In this document: positions 27,328 to 34,980 of the stretch, in pieces
Position numbering within the stretch: position 1 is the first letter of the stretch
How the letters are laid out: every line of letters starts with the position of its first letter
Source of the DNA: Deltaproteobacteria bacterium
Lineage (GTDB): Bacteria > Myxococcota_A > UBA9160 > UBA4427
DNA length: 34,980 bases
Direction of reading: 5' to 3'
Assembly (NCBI GenBank): GCA_011051925.1
Contig: DRKE01000369.1
Span: 1-34,980, forward strand
The notes under the pieces: model-generated
Database searches by the model: none
Seen by the model: only the letters and a program-made list of their open reading frames with translations
What the model was told of the DNA's origin: nothing
Translations under genes and position numbers: made by a program

Positions 27328-28086
27328 CTATCCCATGAACTGTCCACCGTTCACGTTCAGGACCTGTCCCGTCACGAAGGCCGCGTCATCCGAGGCGAGA
27401 TAGACCGCCGCGGCGGCCACGTCGCCCACCTCGCCGATCCGGCCCAACGGAAGGCCTGCGGCGATCTCGCGCTCTTCGTCTTCGAGCAGGTGTTGGATCA
27501 TCTCCGTCCGGATGAAACCCGGCGAGATCGCGTTCACGCGAACGCCCATCGGCCCCAGGATCCGTGCACAGGATTTCGTGAGCGCGAGGATCGCGGCCTT
27601 CGAGGCCGAATAGTGCGGTGCTTTCGGTCCGCCGAACTGACCGCCGACGGAGGCGATGTTGATCACGACCCCCGAGCCCGCGGCTTCGAAGCGACGGGCG
27701 GCGGCCTGGGTCGCAAAGAACGTGCCCTTGAGATTCGTGTCGAGGGTCCGCTCGTAGCTTGCCTCCGTGATCTCCAGGAAGGGTTCCTGCGCGAGATGAC
27801 CGGCGTTGTTCACCAGGATGTCGAGGCTCCCCAGGCATTCGTCGATCGTTCCGAAGACCTTTTCGAGGCTCGACAGCTTCGTCACGTCGAGTTCGAGACA
27901 GAGCGCGTCGCCGAGCTCCCGGGCGAGCGCACGAGCGCGTTCTTCTTCCCTGCGATAGGTGACGACGACCCGGGCGCCCTCCTCGTGGAAGGCGCGGGCG
28001 ATCTCGGCGCCGATGCCCCGGGCTGAACCCGTGACGAGGGCGACGCGATCCATCAGTCGACGACCGGCTCCCAGACGATCGAGCAC
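27328..28086 (-). CDS. SDR family oxidoreductase (FabG-like)
   Basis: VALVTGSARGIG, ILVNNAG, NIAS, YSASK, VNAISPGFIRT and VTGQVLNVNGG. GTG 28086 follows GGGAGG; alternative start ATG 28053. Confidence 0.93.
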   Translation of the reverse strand: MLDRLGAGRRLMDRVALVTGSARGIGAEIARAFHEEGARVVVTYRREEERARALARELGDALCLELDVTKLSSLEKVFGTIDECLGSLDILVNNAGHLAQEPFLEITEASYERTLDTNLKGTFFATQAAARRFEAAGSGVVINIASVGGQFGGPKAPHYSASKAAILALTKSCARILGPMGVRVNAISPGFIRTEMIQHLLEDEEREIAAGLPLGRIGEVGDVAAAAVYLASDDAAFVTGQVLNVNGGQFMG

Positions 28087-28210
28087 GATTCTTCCTCCCG
28101 GCATGGGACCCCGTCTGCCCCGATCCCGGCATCGGACGCGGACGACACCGCCAATGCCTGATCCGAACGAAGGGCCGCAGCCCGATCGGGCGACGAGCCG
28201 CCCCTCCCGT

Positions 28211-28218
28211 CTATCGGC
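28211..28218 (-). promoter_or_regulatory. Possible sigma-28 (FliA) -10 element upstream of the SDR
   Basis: Minus strand reads TCGG-N15-GCCGATAG, the same octamer as at 22277. Confidence 0.35.
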
Positions 28219-28397
28219 CGATTCCGTGCAAGACCGAGGGATAAGTGCGCGGAAAAAGAGGGCGATCGATCACGAGGGTGTGGCTGCGGAAAGGACCGGA
28301 GAGGGTCTCGGGCGTTCCCCGGAATCGCCCTGGCGTCGTTCCGGCCGGGAAGCCATGCCGACCGACCCATGCCCGACCGACAAGAGGGGGAAGTCGC

Positions 28398-28697
28398 TCA
28401 GCCCGGAACGCCGTTCACGAGGATGGCGAAATGGTTCGAGGTCGCCGCGTGTCGTTTGGGAATCAGCGCCTGGTAGTCCCCCGATTCGTAGAGCGCCTTC
28501 GCCTCCTCCTTCGATCCGAAGCGCAGGACGATCGTCTGATGCCCCGCACTTTCGCCTTCGAGCCGCTCGGTCGCAGGATCGAAGGCGATGAGCTGGCAGG
28601 CGTCGCCGATCTTCATGACCGAACCGGCCGAAGCGGAATATTCCGCGTAGCCTTCGGGGTCCTCGACGTTGTAGTTGACGATCAGATAGGCGGGCAT
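28398..28697 (-). CDS. DUF1330 family protein
   Basis: MPAYLIVNYNVEDPEGYAEY, LEG, IVLRFGSKEEAKALYESGDYQ and R...ILVNG. Confidence 0.88.
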   Translation of the reverse strand: MPAYLIVNYNVEDPEGYAEYSASAGSVMKIGDACQLIAFDPATERLEGESAGHQTIVLRFGSKEEAKALYESGDYQALIPKRHAATSNHFAILVNGVPG

Positions 28698-28729
28698 TCC
28701 GAATCCTCGACGGGATAGAATCGTGGGGT

Positions 28730-30514
28730 TTGCGAACATCGGACAATGACCGATCGGGAGGCGCGGCGCCAGCCTCGAGGTGCGGCCGGTCGGAAGAGGG
28801 GTTTCCGCTGTCTCGTCTCGATCTCGCCGTCATCGCTGCCTACCTCGCGATCACGCTCGGCTGGGGTGCGTGGCACGCGCGACGCGCGTCGAGGGACACG
28901 ACCGCCTTTTTCGTCGCCGATCGGACGCTCCCCTGGTGGCTCGCGGGAACCTCGATCGTCGCAACGACCTTCGCGGCGGATACGCCGCTGGCGATCGCCG
29001 GTCTGGTCGCGGTCGATGGCATCTCTGGAAACTGGTTCTGGTGGGCCGACGTCCTGCCCGTCGTGATCGGCACCTTCATCGTGAGCCATCTCTGGCGTCG
29101 CAGCCGGGTCCTCACGGACAACGAGATCTCTGAACTCCGCTATGGCGGCCGCCCCGCCGCCGGGCTTCGCCTTTTCCGGGCGCTCTATTTCGGCGTGCTT
29201 CGCAACGCGATCGTGATGGGCTGGGTGAACCTCGCCATGGTGAAGATCCTTTCGCTGGCCCTCGGATTGGACGAGGAGGCCAGTGGGCTCGTCCTCGCCG
29301 GACTCTTCGCCCTGACGGTGCTCTATACGCTTCTCTCGGGCCTGCTCGGCGTCGTGCTCACCGATTTCCTGCAATTCGGACTCGCCCTCATGGGTGGGGT
29401 GGCGCTGGCCTTCCTCGCACTCGAGGAAGTCGGTGGGCTCGGCCACCTCGTCGAAGCGTTCCGCCTTGCCCCCGACGTCCTGCGGCTCGTTCCGTCGCCC
29501 GGAAACAACGAGGCCTTCTGGGCCTTCGTCGCCTATGTCGGCGTCAAGAGCTGGTCGAGCGGCAATACCGAGGGCAGCGGCTACGTCGCCCAGCGGATCC
29601 TGTCGACGCGCAGCGAGAGGGACGCCCGTCTGGCTTCCCTCTGGTATGCGATCGCCCATTTCGCCCTGCGGCCATGGCCCTGGATCATCGTCGGACTCGT
29701 CGCCCTCGTCCGCTTTCCCGGCCTCGAGGATCCCGAGGCCGGCTATGTGCGGGTGATGCTCGAGGTCCTGCCGAGCGGGCTTCTGGGCCTCGTGCTGGCC
29801 GCGTTCTTCGCTGCCTACATGTCGACGATCGATACCCAGCTGAACTGGGGCGCTTCCTATCTCACGCATGACGTCTATGAACGCTTCCTCGATCCCGGGG
29901 CCTCGCAGGCGAGACGGATCGTCGTCGCACGGGCGAGCGTCGTGCTCCTCGCCACAGCGGGCGTCGGCGCCACCCTCGCCATGGATTCCATCGCTGGAGC
30001 CTGGAGATTCCTGGCGATGATCAGCGCGGGAACGGGGCTCGTCGGACTCCTTCGCTGGCTCTGGTGGCGGATCAACGCGTGGAGCGAGATCGCCGTCATG
30101 ACCGCCTCGCTCCTGGGCGCGAACCTCGTCGGCGTCTTCAGTGACATCGCCTTCCCCTTCTCTCTCGTGCTCGTCGTCCTCTTCGCGCTCCCCATCGCCT
30201 TCGCGGTCACCCTGGCGACGCCACCCGAGGAGGCCGCCACGCTGAAGGCCTTTTTCGTTCGTGTCCGACCCGCGGGCGCCTGGGCGCCCGTCGCTCGGAT
30301 GACCGGGCTTCCCTGCCGACGGATCGGTCTCCGCCCGTGGCTCGACGTCGCCGCCGCCACCTTCGGCATCTACGCCGCCATCGCGAGCACGGGCTGGCTC
30401 CTCTTCGGAGAATCGTTCCGGGGAGTGCTGGCGGGCGGCCTGGCGATCGGACTGCTCGCCTTCTCGATCCAGGGGGCCGAGGCCTGCCCGGCTGCCGAAT
30501 CCCGAAGGCGCTGA
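28730..30514 (+). CDS. Sodium:solute symporter family transporter
   Basis: FFVADRTLPWWLAGTSIVATTFAADTPL, ELRYGG, SGLLGVVLTDFLQF, QRILS, LRPWPW and AAYMSTIDTQLNWGASY. Start uncertain: TTG 28730 or CTG 28808. Confidence 0.92.
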   Translation: MRTSDNDRSGGAAPASRCGRSEEGFPLSRLDLAVIAAYLAITLGWGAWHARRASRDTTAFFVADRTLPWWLAGTSIVATTFAADTPLAIAGLVAVDGISGNWFWWADVLPVVIGTFIVSHLWRRSRVLTDNEISELRYGGRPAAGLRLFRALYFGVLRNAIVMGWVNLAMVKILSLALGLDEEASGLVLAGLFALTVLYTLLSGLLGVVLTDFLQFGLALMGGVALAFLALEEVGGLGHLVEAFRLAPDVLRLVPSPGNNEAFWAFVAYVGVKSWSSGNTEGSGYVAQRILSTRSERDARLASLWYAIAHFALRPWPWIIVGLVALVRFPGLEDPEAGYVRVMLEVLPSGLLGLVLAAFFAAYMSTIDTQLNWGASYLTHDVYERFLDPGASQARRIVVARASVVLLATAGVGATLAMDSIAGAWRFLAMISAGTGLVGLLRWLWWRINAWSEIAVMTASLLGANLVGVFSDIAFPFSLVLVVLFALPIAFAVTLATPPEEAATLKAFFVRVRPAGAWAPVARMTGLPCRRIGLRPWLDVAAATFGIYAAIASTGWLLFGESFRGVLAGGLAIGLLAFSIQGAEACPAAESRRR

Positions 30515-30677
30515 TCCGCAGCCGGATCCGGCCTCACCCCGGCCTTGCAGGAGAGCGGGCGGATGGGCTTCACTTGCCGGTCTACGACCCACGAGAGCCC
30601 GCCACGTCACGATCCTTCGAGCCCGCGACCCACGGCCGACTCGCGGCGCGCGTGAGGAACCGAAACGGGAGCCCAGG

Positions 30678-31655
30678 ATGCCGATTCTCGATGCCAGACA
30701 CGACCGCATGCATCCCGTCGAAGGCGAATCCGCCTGGAGCGAGTCCTACTACTTCAACGGATACGATCCCCACGAGGATGTCGGCCTCTATACGCGAATC
30801 GGCATCCGGCCCAACGAAGGCACGATGGACGTGATGCTCGCCAGTTGGCAGCCCGGCAACCGATTGGCCTTCGCACGCGCCGTCCGGGAGCAGGACGAGA
30901 TGTGCGAATCGCCCCTCGAGGTCGGCGGCGTGCGTTATGCCTGCCTCGAGGAGGGTCGGCGCTGGCGCCTCACGGCGGATTGCGACGCCAGGCTCTATTC
31001 CCTCGGCACCCGGGAGCAGGCCGACACCCGCCTCGTCCTGGATCTCGAGTTCGAGGCCTTGATGCCGATGGTCGGCGTCGACGGTCAGGGAGCGCAGGGA
31101 AGCGGCGCGAGTGCCGCCACGGGCCAGGCCACGGGCAAGGGCCATCTCGAGCAGGCGGGGCGCTGGTCGGGATGGATCGAGGCGGACGGAAAGCGGCTGA
31201 CGCTCGGCGAACAGGCCCGGGGCAACCGCGACAAGTCCTGGGGGCCGCGCCGCTGGGGCGGCCCGAAGATGTGGCGCTGGTTCTCGATCAACATCTCCGA
31301 CGACATCCATTTCGGCGGCATCCGGATCGGTACGGACGCCGGCGATCTCCATCGCGGCTGGGTCTGGCGCGATGGCGAACTCACGAGCCTCGTCGAATGG
31401 CGTATTCGAACGGAGACCCGAGCCGACGGGATCACCCAGAAGACCTGCTTCGTGACGGCGGTCGACAAGCGTGGTCGTGAACACGTGCTTCGGGGTGACG
31501 TCCTGCGGGTCTTTCCGGGGGGCGCCCGAGCCGGTCGGACGGTCGTGAACGAAGGACTCACGCGCTGGACCCTCGATGGGATGACGGGCCACGGAATCGC
31601 CGAATACCTTCATCAATTCGACGACGAAGGCCGCCCGCTCGTTCCGATCGAATGA
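30678..31655 (+). CDS. Uncharacterised beta-barrel enzyme (tocopherol cyclase/AttH/CrtC-like pattern)
   Basis: H.....WSESYYF, GLYTRIGIRPN, HLEQAG...G, GNRDKSWGPRRW, WRWF and GHGIAEYL. Confidence 0.7.
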   Translation: MPILDARHDRMHPVEGESAWSESYYFNGYDPHEDVGLYTRIGIRPNEGTMDVMLASWQPGNRLAFARAVREQDEMCESPLEVGGVRYACLEEGRRWRLTADCDARLYSLGTREQADTRLVLDLEFEALMPMVGVDGQGAQGSGASAATGQATGKGHLEQAGRWSGWIEADGKRLTLGEQARGNRDKSWGPRRWGGPKMWRWFSINISDDIHFGGIRIGTDAGDLHRGWVWRDGELTSLVEWRIRTETRADGITQKTCFVTAVDKRGREHVLRGDVLRVFPGGARAGRTVVNEGLTRWTLDGMTGHGIAEYLHQFDDEGRPLVPIE

Positions 31656-31692
31656 CGGCAGACGAGGGGGCGCCTGGCCCCGGCCCGGCCTG

Positions 31693-31733
31693 TCCCGCTC
31701 CTCCGCAGTCGGACGGAGTGGGAAGAGTGGGAA
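31693..31733 (+). repeat. Stem-loop plus tandem 9-mer GAGTGGGAA x2
   Basis: TCCCGCTCC-TCCG-CAGT-CGGA-C-GGAGTGGGA hairpin at 31693-31723. Repeat copies at 31716-31724 and 31725-31733. Confidence 0.55.
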
Positions 31734-31748
31734 GAAAAGGCGGATCCG

Positions 31749-32162
31749 ATGCTCGATCAACCCGACATGGCGACGCTCCTGGGGGCCATCGCGCGAACCC
31801 TCGACGATGAGGTCCTGGCCTCGACCGCGGGACCCGCGCAACACGCGGTCCGGGTGATCGCGAATCTCTGTCGGATCCTCGAGCGGGAGATCCATCTCGG
31901 GCCGACCGCCGCGGAAACATCCCGCCGGGCCCTGGCCGATCTGCTGGGGCGGGACGCGCCGCTTCCGGAGCTGGTCGGAGAACTCGATGCGCGGCTTCGC
32001 CAGGGAACGGACGACGGCCGCTCCGCGCATCGGGATTCCGAGGCCCACGTGGCCAACGCTCCGAGGGCGGACGATGCGGATTTCGACGAACGGGTCCGCT
32101 TGCTGCTGCTGGCCGACGTGGAACGGCGACTCGCGATCGACCGACCGGGATACGCCTCATGA
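31749..32162 (+). CDS. DUF6285/LvaB-like small protein
   Basis: DQPDMATLLGAI, RVIANLCRILERE, LDARLRQG and RRLAIDRPGY. ATGA overlap with the kinase gene. Confidence 0.75.
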   Translation: MLDQPDMATLLGAIARTLDDEVLASTAGPAQHAVRVIANLCRILEREIHLGPTAAETSRRALADLLGRDAPLPELVGELDARLRQGTDDGRSAHRDSEAHVANAPRADDADFDERVRLLLLADVERRLAIDRPGYAS

Positions 32163-33124
32163 GCGCGAAGGATGCGGAAGGCGTCACCCGTCATCTGGCA
32201 GGACTCTTCCCGGACGTCGACGAGGTCCGGATCACGGGGGTCGCCTCCGTCGGGGCGCAGCGCAAGACGCTCTTCATCGACCTCGTCCGGAACGGCGAAA
32301 CGAAGAAGGCCGTGGCGCAGATCGCGGGTCGGGCCCTCGACGTCTCGGACACGGGGCTCGAAGCCGCGCTGCTGCGAGCCGCGCGGGCGGGCGGCGTCGC
32401 GGTCCCGCGGGTCCTCGCCTGGGACGAAAAGACGGGCACCCTCGTCACGAGCCATGTCGAAGGCGAATCGATCCCGCGACGGATCCTCCGGAAGATCGAG
32501 GCGGATGCGGGTCTGGGGCCGAAACTGACGACCGACTGCGGCTCGGCACTCGCCGCGATCCACCGGATCCCGACCGATGCCTTCGAGCGCCTTCCAGCCC
32601 CGGCCGATCCCTTCGACTATGCGAACGATCTCGAACGGCTGCTCGAAACGCTGACGACACCCCATCCGAGCTTCCGGCTCGGACTCCGCTGGCTCCGCCG
32701 CCATGCGATTCCCAGCGTCCCACAGGAGGCGATCGTTCATGGGGATTTCCGACTCGGAAACCTGCTCGTCTCGGACGATGGCCTCTCCGCCGTCCTCGAT
32801 TGGGAGCTCGCCCATCGCGGCGATCCGATGGAGGACCTGGCCTGGCTCTGCCTGCGGACCTGGCGATTCGGGAACGACGATCGCACGGTCGGTGGATTCG
32901 GAAGTCTCGACGGATTGCGCGAGGCCTACGCCGAGGCCGGGGGCGAATGGCGAGACGAGGCCTTCGCGTGGTGGACGGTGGCGAGAACCCTCTGGTGGGG
33001 ACTCGGTCTCGCCCGACAGGCCCAGGCCTTCGTGGGCGGCGAGGCGGACTCGATCGTCCTGGCCGCCAGCGGACGACGCGTGGTCGAGCTCGAGTACGAT
33101 CTGCTTCGCATGATCGGCGCATGA
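32159..33124 (+). CDS. APH-family phosphotransferase (LvaA/ACAD10-11 kinase-like)
   Basis: EAALLRAA...VPRV, IPRRILR, LAAIH, VHGDFRLGN, LDWELAHRGDPMEDLAW, WRFG and GRRVVELEYDLL. Confidence 0.88.
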   Translation: MSAKDAEGVTRHLAGLFPDVDEVRITGVASVGAQRKTLFIDLVRNGETKKAVAQIAGRALDVSDTGLEAALLRAARAGGVAVPRVLAWDEKTGTLVTSHVEGESIPRRILRKIEADAGLGPKLTTDCGSALAAIHRIPTDAFERLPAPADPFDYANDLERLLETLTTPHPSFRLGLRWLRRHAIPSVPQEAIVHGDFRLGNLLVSDDGLSAVLDWELAHRGDPMEDLAWLCLRTWRFGNDDRTVGGFGSLDGLREAYAEAGGEWRDEAFAWWTVARTLWWGLGLARQAQAFVGGEADSIVLAASGRRVVELEYDLLRMIGA

Positions 33125-33230
33125 TGGAGGGCCGTCGGAACGGGGGCGGGCCGTCCCCGCCATCAGCCCATCGCGGACAGGGGCCGGAAGCCACGGGGAT
33201 CGGCAGACGGAGAAGAGGAGACGGACGACG

Positions 33231-33974
33231 GTGTTCGATCTGAGGGGCAGGGTCGCGCTGGTGACCGGCGCTGGGCGGCATGTCGGCCTCGCGATCGCCG
33301 AGGCCCTCGCGCGCCAGGGTGCCGCGGTCGCAATCAACGACGTCGTGGCCGACCGGGCCCACGCCGCCGCCGAAGGATTGGCCCGGACGGGGGCACAGGC
33401 GCTTGCGGTCCCTGCCGACATGACCGATCTCGGAGCCGTCGAAGAGGCCGTCGCCGCGGTCGGATCGCAGCTCGGCCCGGTCGACATCCTCGTCTCGAAC
33501 GCGGGCAACGCGGGCGCAGCGCCCGCCCTGCCCACCCCGTTTCTCGACATGGCGCCCGGCGACTGGCATCGGTACATCGACATCAATTTCTACGCCGTCC
33601 TGAACGGGATCCATGCCGTCCTGCCGGGGATGTGCCGTCGAAACCACGGGCGCATCATCACGATCTCATCGGACGCGGGACGGGCGGGCGTCGGCATGGG
33701 CATGTCGGTCTACAGCGGCGGCAAGGCGGCCGCGATGGGCTTCCAGCGATCCCTCGCCTGTGAAGTCGGCCCGCAGCAGGTCACGGTGAATACGATCGCC
33801 CTGGGTCTCGTTCCCGGAGATTGGGATGCGGGTTCGCCGGACAAGATCCCCCTCGGACGGTTCGGGACGCCCGACGATGTCGGACCGGCCGCCGTCTTCT
33901 TCGCTTCCGACGAAGCGGGCTGGGTCACGGGACAGGTGCTGTCGGTCAATGGCGGCTATTTCCGGAACCTGTGA
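33231..33974 (+). CDS. SDR family oxidoreductase
   Basis: VALVTGAGRHVG, ILVSNAG, ISSDAGR, YSGGK and VTGQVLSVNGG. GTG start with GAGGAG RBS. Confidence 0.92.
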   Translation: MFDLRGRVALVTGAGRHVGLAIAEALARQGAAVAINDVVADRAHAAAEGLARTGAQALAVPADMTDLGAVEEAVAAVGSQLGPVDILVSNAGNAGAAPALPTPFLDMAPGDWHRYIDINFYAVLNGIHAVLPGMCRRNHGRIITISSDAGRAGVGMGMSVYSGGKAAAMGFQRSLACEVGPQQVTVNTIALGLVPGDWDAGSPDKIPLGRFGTPDDVGPAAVFFASDEAGWVTGQVLSVNGGYFRNL

Positions 33975-34055
33975 TCCGGGGGATCCGGACACACGATGCG
34001 GAAGGACACGAGGACAAGAGGGGTCGGCGGATCGGCCTTGCGGAAGGGAGTCCCG

Positions 34056-34844
34056 ATGAAGTGCAGTCTCGAAGGCAAGGTCGCGCTCGTGACCGGCGGG
34101 AGCGGAGGGATCGGCAGGGCGACCCTGCGTCGTTTCGTCGAAGAAGGAGCGGCCGTGGTCTGCGCGGACATCGACGAGGAGGGCGGAAAGAAGATCGTCG
34201 GGGAGCTCGAGGCCGCTGGTGGGCGAGCGCGCTTCACGCGCTGTGACGTGAGCCGGCTCGAGGAAGTGACCGCGAGTGTCGACGAGGCCGTCCGGGAATT
34301 CGGCCGGATCGACATCCTCTTCAACAACGCGGCGACCAGCACCGGGGGCTATGTCGCGGATCTCGACCCCGAAGGTTGGGACCGGAGCCTGCGCGTCATG
34401 CTGACCGCAGCGATGTACGGCATGAAGGCGGCCATCCCCCACATGCTGGAGCAGGGCGGCGGATCGATCATCTCGACCTCCTCGATCTATGGCCACGTTT
34501 CGAGTCCCGGCAATGCGCCCTACGCCACGGCCAAGGCCGGGCTCGTCAATCTCACGCGCACGGCCGCCCTCGAATACGGACGCCGGGGAATCCGCGTGAA
34601 CGCGGTCTGCCCCGGTGCGGTCGAAACCCCGATGCTCGACGCCGTCGTGGGCCTCGGGCTGAAGAGCCGGGAAGCGATCGCCGACATGCATGCGCTGGGC
34701 AGGACGATCCGTCCGGAAGAGGTCGCCAATCTCGTCCTTTTTCTCGCCAGCGACGAGGCCTCGGCGATCACGGGACAGTCGATCGTGATCGACGGTGGAC
34801 TGCTCGCCGGTTGTGATCTCACGGGTGTTCCGCCGATGGGCTGA
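34056..34844 (+). CDS. SDR family oxidoreductase (NAD-type)
   Basis: VALVTGGSGGIG, CADID, ILFNNA, YATAK, VNAVCPG and ITGQSIVIDGG. GGGAG RBS before ATG 34056. Confidence 0.93.
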   Translation: MKCSLEGKVALVTGGSGGIGRATLRRFVEEGAAVVCADIDEEGGKKIVGELEAAGGRARFTRCDVSRLEEVTASVDEAVREFGRIDILFNNAATSTGGYVADLDPEGWDRSLRVMLTAAMYGMKAAIPHMLEQGGGSIISTSSIYGHVSSPGNAPYATAKAGLVNLTRTAALEYGRRGIRVNAVCPGAVETPMLDAVVGLGLKSREAIADMHALGRTIRPEEVANLVLFLASDEASAITGQSIVIDGGLLAGCDLTGVPPMG

Positions 34845-34979
34845 TCACCAGGGCCCGTCGTCGTCCGTCACCACCCGAGTCTCCGGTTCCAGGCCCCTTC
34901 GCTTCCCGCCGAATCCTTCGAGCGCCTCGACGGCCTCCTTCACGCTCGCCACCTGCTGGATCCGGGCACGCCCGACCAG
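34845..34979 (-). CDS. C-terminal fragment of a CDS entering from the right edge; identity unresolved
   Basis: Open minus frame LVGRARIQQVASVKEAVEALEGFGGKRRGLEPETRVVTDDDGPW* with GC-rich third positions. V.SV.EA resembles the ends of RadA/Lon-type domains, but the fragment is too short to call. Confidence 0.5.
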   Translation of the reverse strand: MVGRARIQQVASVKEAVEALEGFGGKRRGLEPETRVVTDDDGPW

Positions 34980-34980
34980 C

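Noticed and set aside
32159-33124. Aminoglycoside resistance kinase
   Set aside because: The motifs and the coupled DUF6285-like partner point to the acyl-CoA kinase branch of the APH fold.
465-33647. Many long alternative-frame ORFs (e.g. 465..2192-, 4129..6093+, 18039..19919+, 18244..19938-, 25170..26972-, 28682..30709-, 31757..33586-)
   Set aside because: They overlap well-supported genes, are Arg/Pro/Gly-rich and lack family motifs. This is expected from stop-codon scarcity in high-GC DNA.
34842-34847. Abutting convergent stop codons TGATCA
   Set aside because: Common in compact genomes; no functional implication can be supported.
1-34980. CRISPR arrays, tRNA/rRNA, IS elements, integrases; frequent GATC/TCGA words
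   Set aside because: No regular repeat-spacer pattern, RNA-gene signature or transposase motif was seen. The short palindromic words appear to be compositional and codon-usage bias.

Overview
GC-rich, gene-dense bacterial window with about 32 CDS. I saw no rRNA, tRNA, CRISPR array or mobile element. Left end: a truncated MASE3-type membrane sensor lies divergent from a REC-PAS-GGDEF-EAL c-di-GMP enzyme. From 2.9 to 18 kb: accessory catabolic, redox and transport genes (TetR, amidohydrolase, aldo/keto reductase, SAM methyltransferase, exported DsrE-like protein, rhodanese, DUF2889, MDR oxidoreductase, LLM oxidoreductase, enoyl-CoA hydratase, APC permease, cytochrome P450, nitronate monooxygenase). 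The standout region is 18.1-28.2 kb. It holds a Maf-type flagellin glycosyltransferase behind a near-consensus sigma-54 promoter, a DXS paralogue with altered acceptor-binding residues, three ATP-grasp ligases, a sugar C-methyltransferase-like enzyme and an SDR. FliA-like GCCGATAG boxes precede two of these transcription units. I infer a candidate pathway that builds an unusual flagellin or surface glycan substituent. The right end carries an lvaB/lvaA-like kinase module with two SDRs, a solute symporter and a beta-barrel enzyme. All calls come from reading motifs by eye; no database searches were run.
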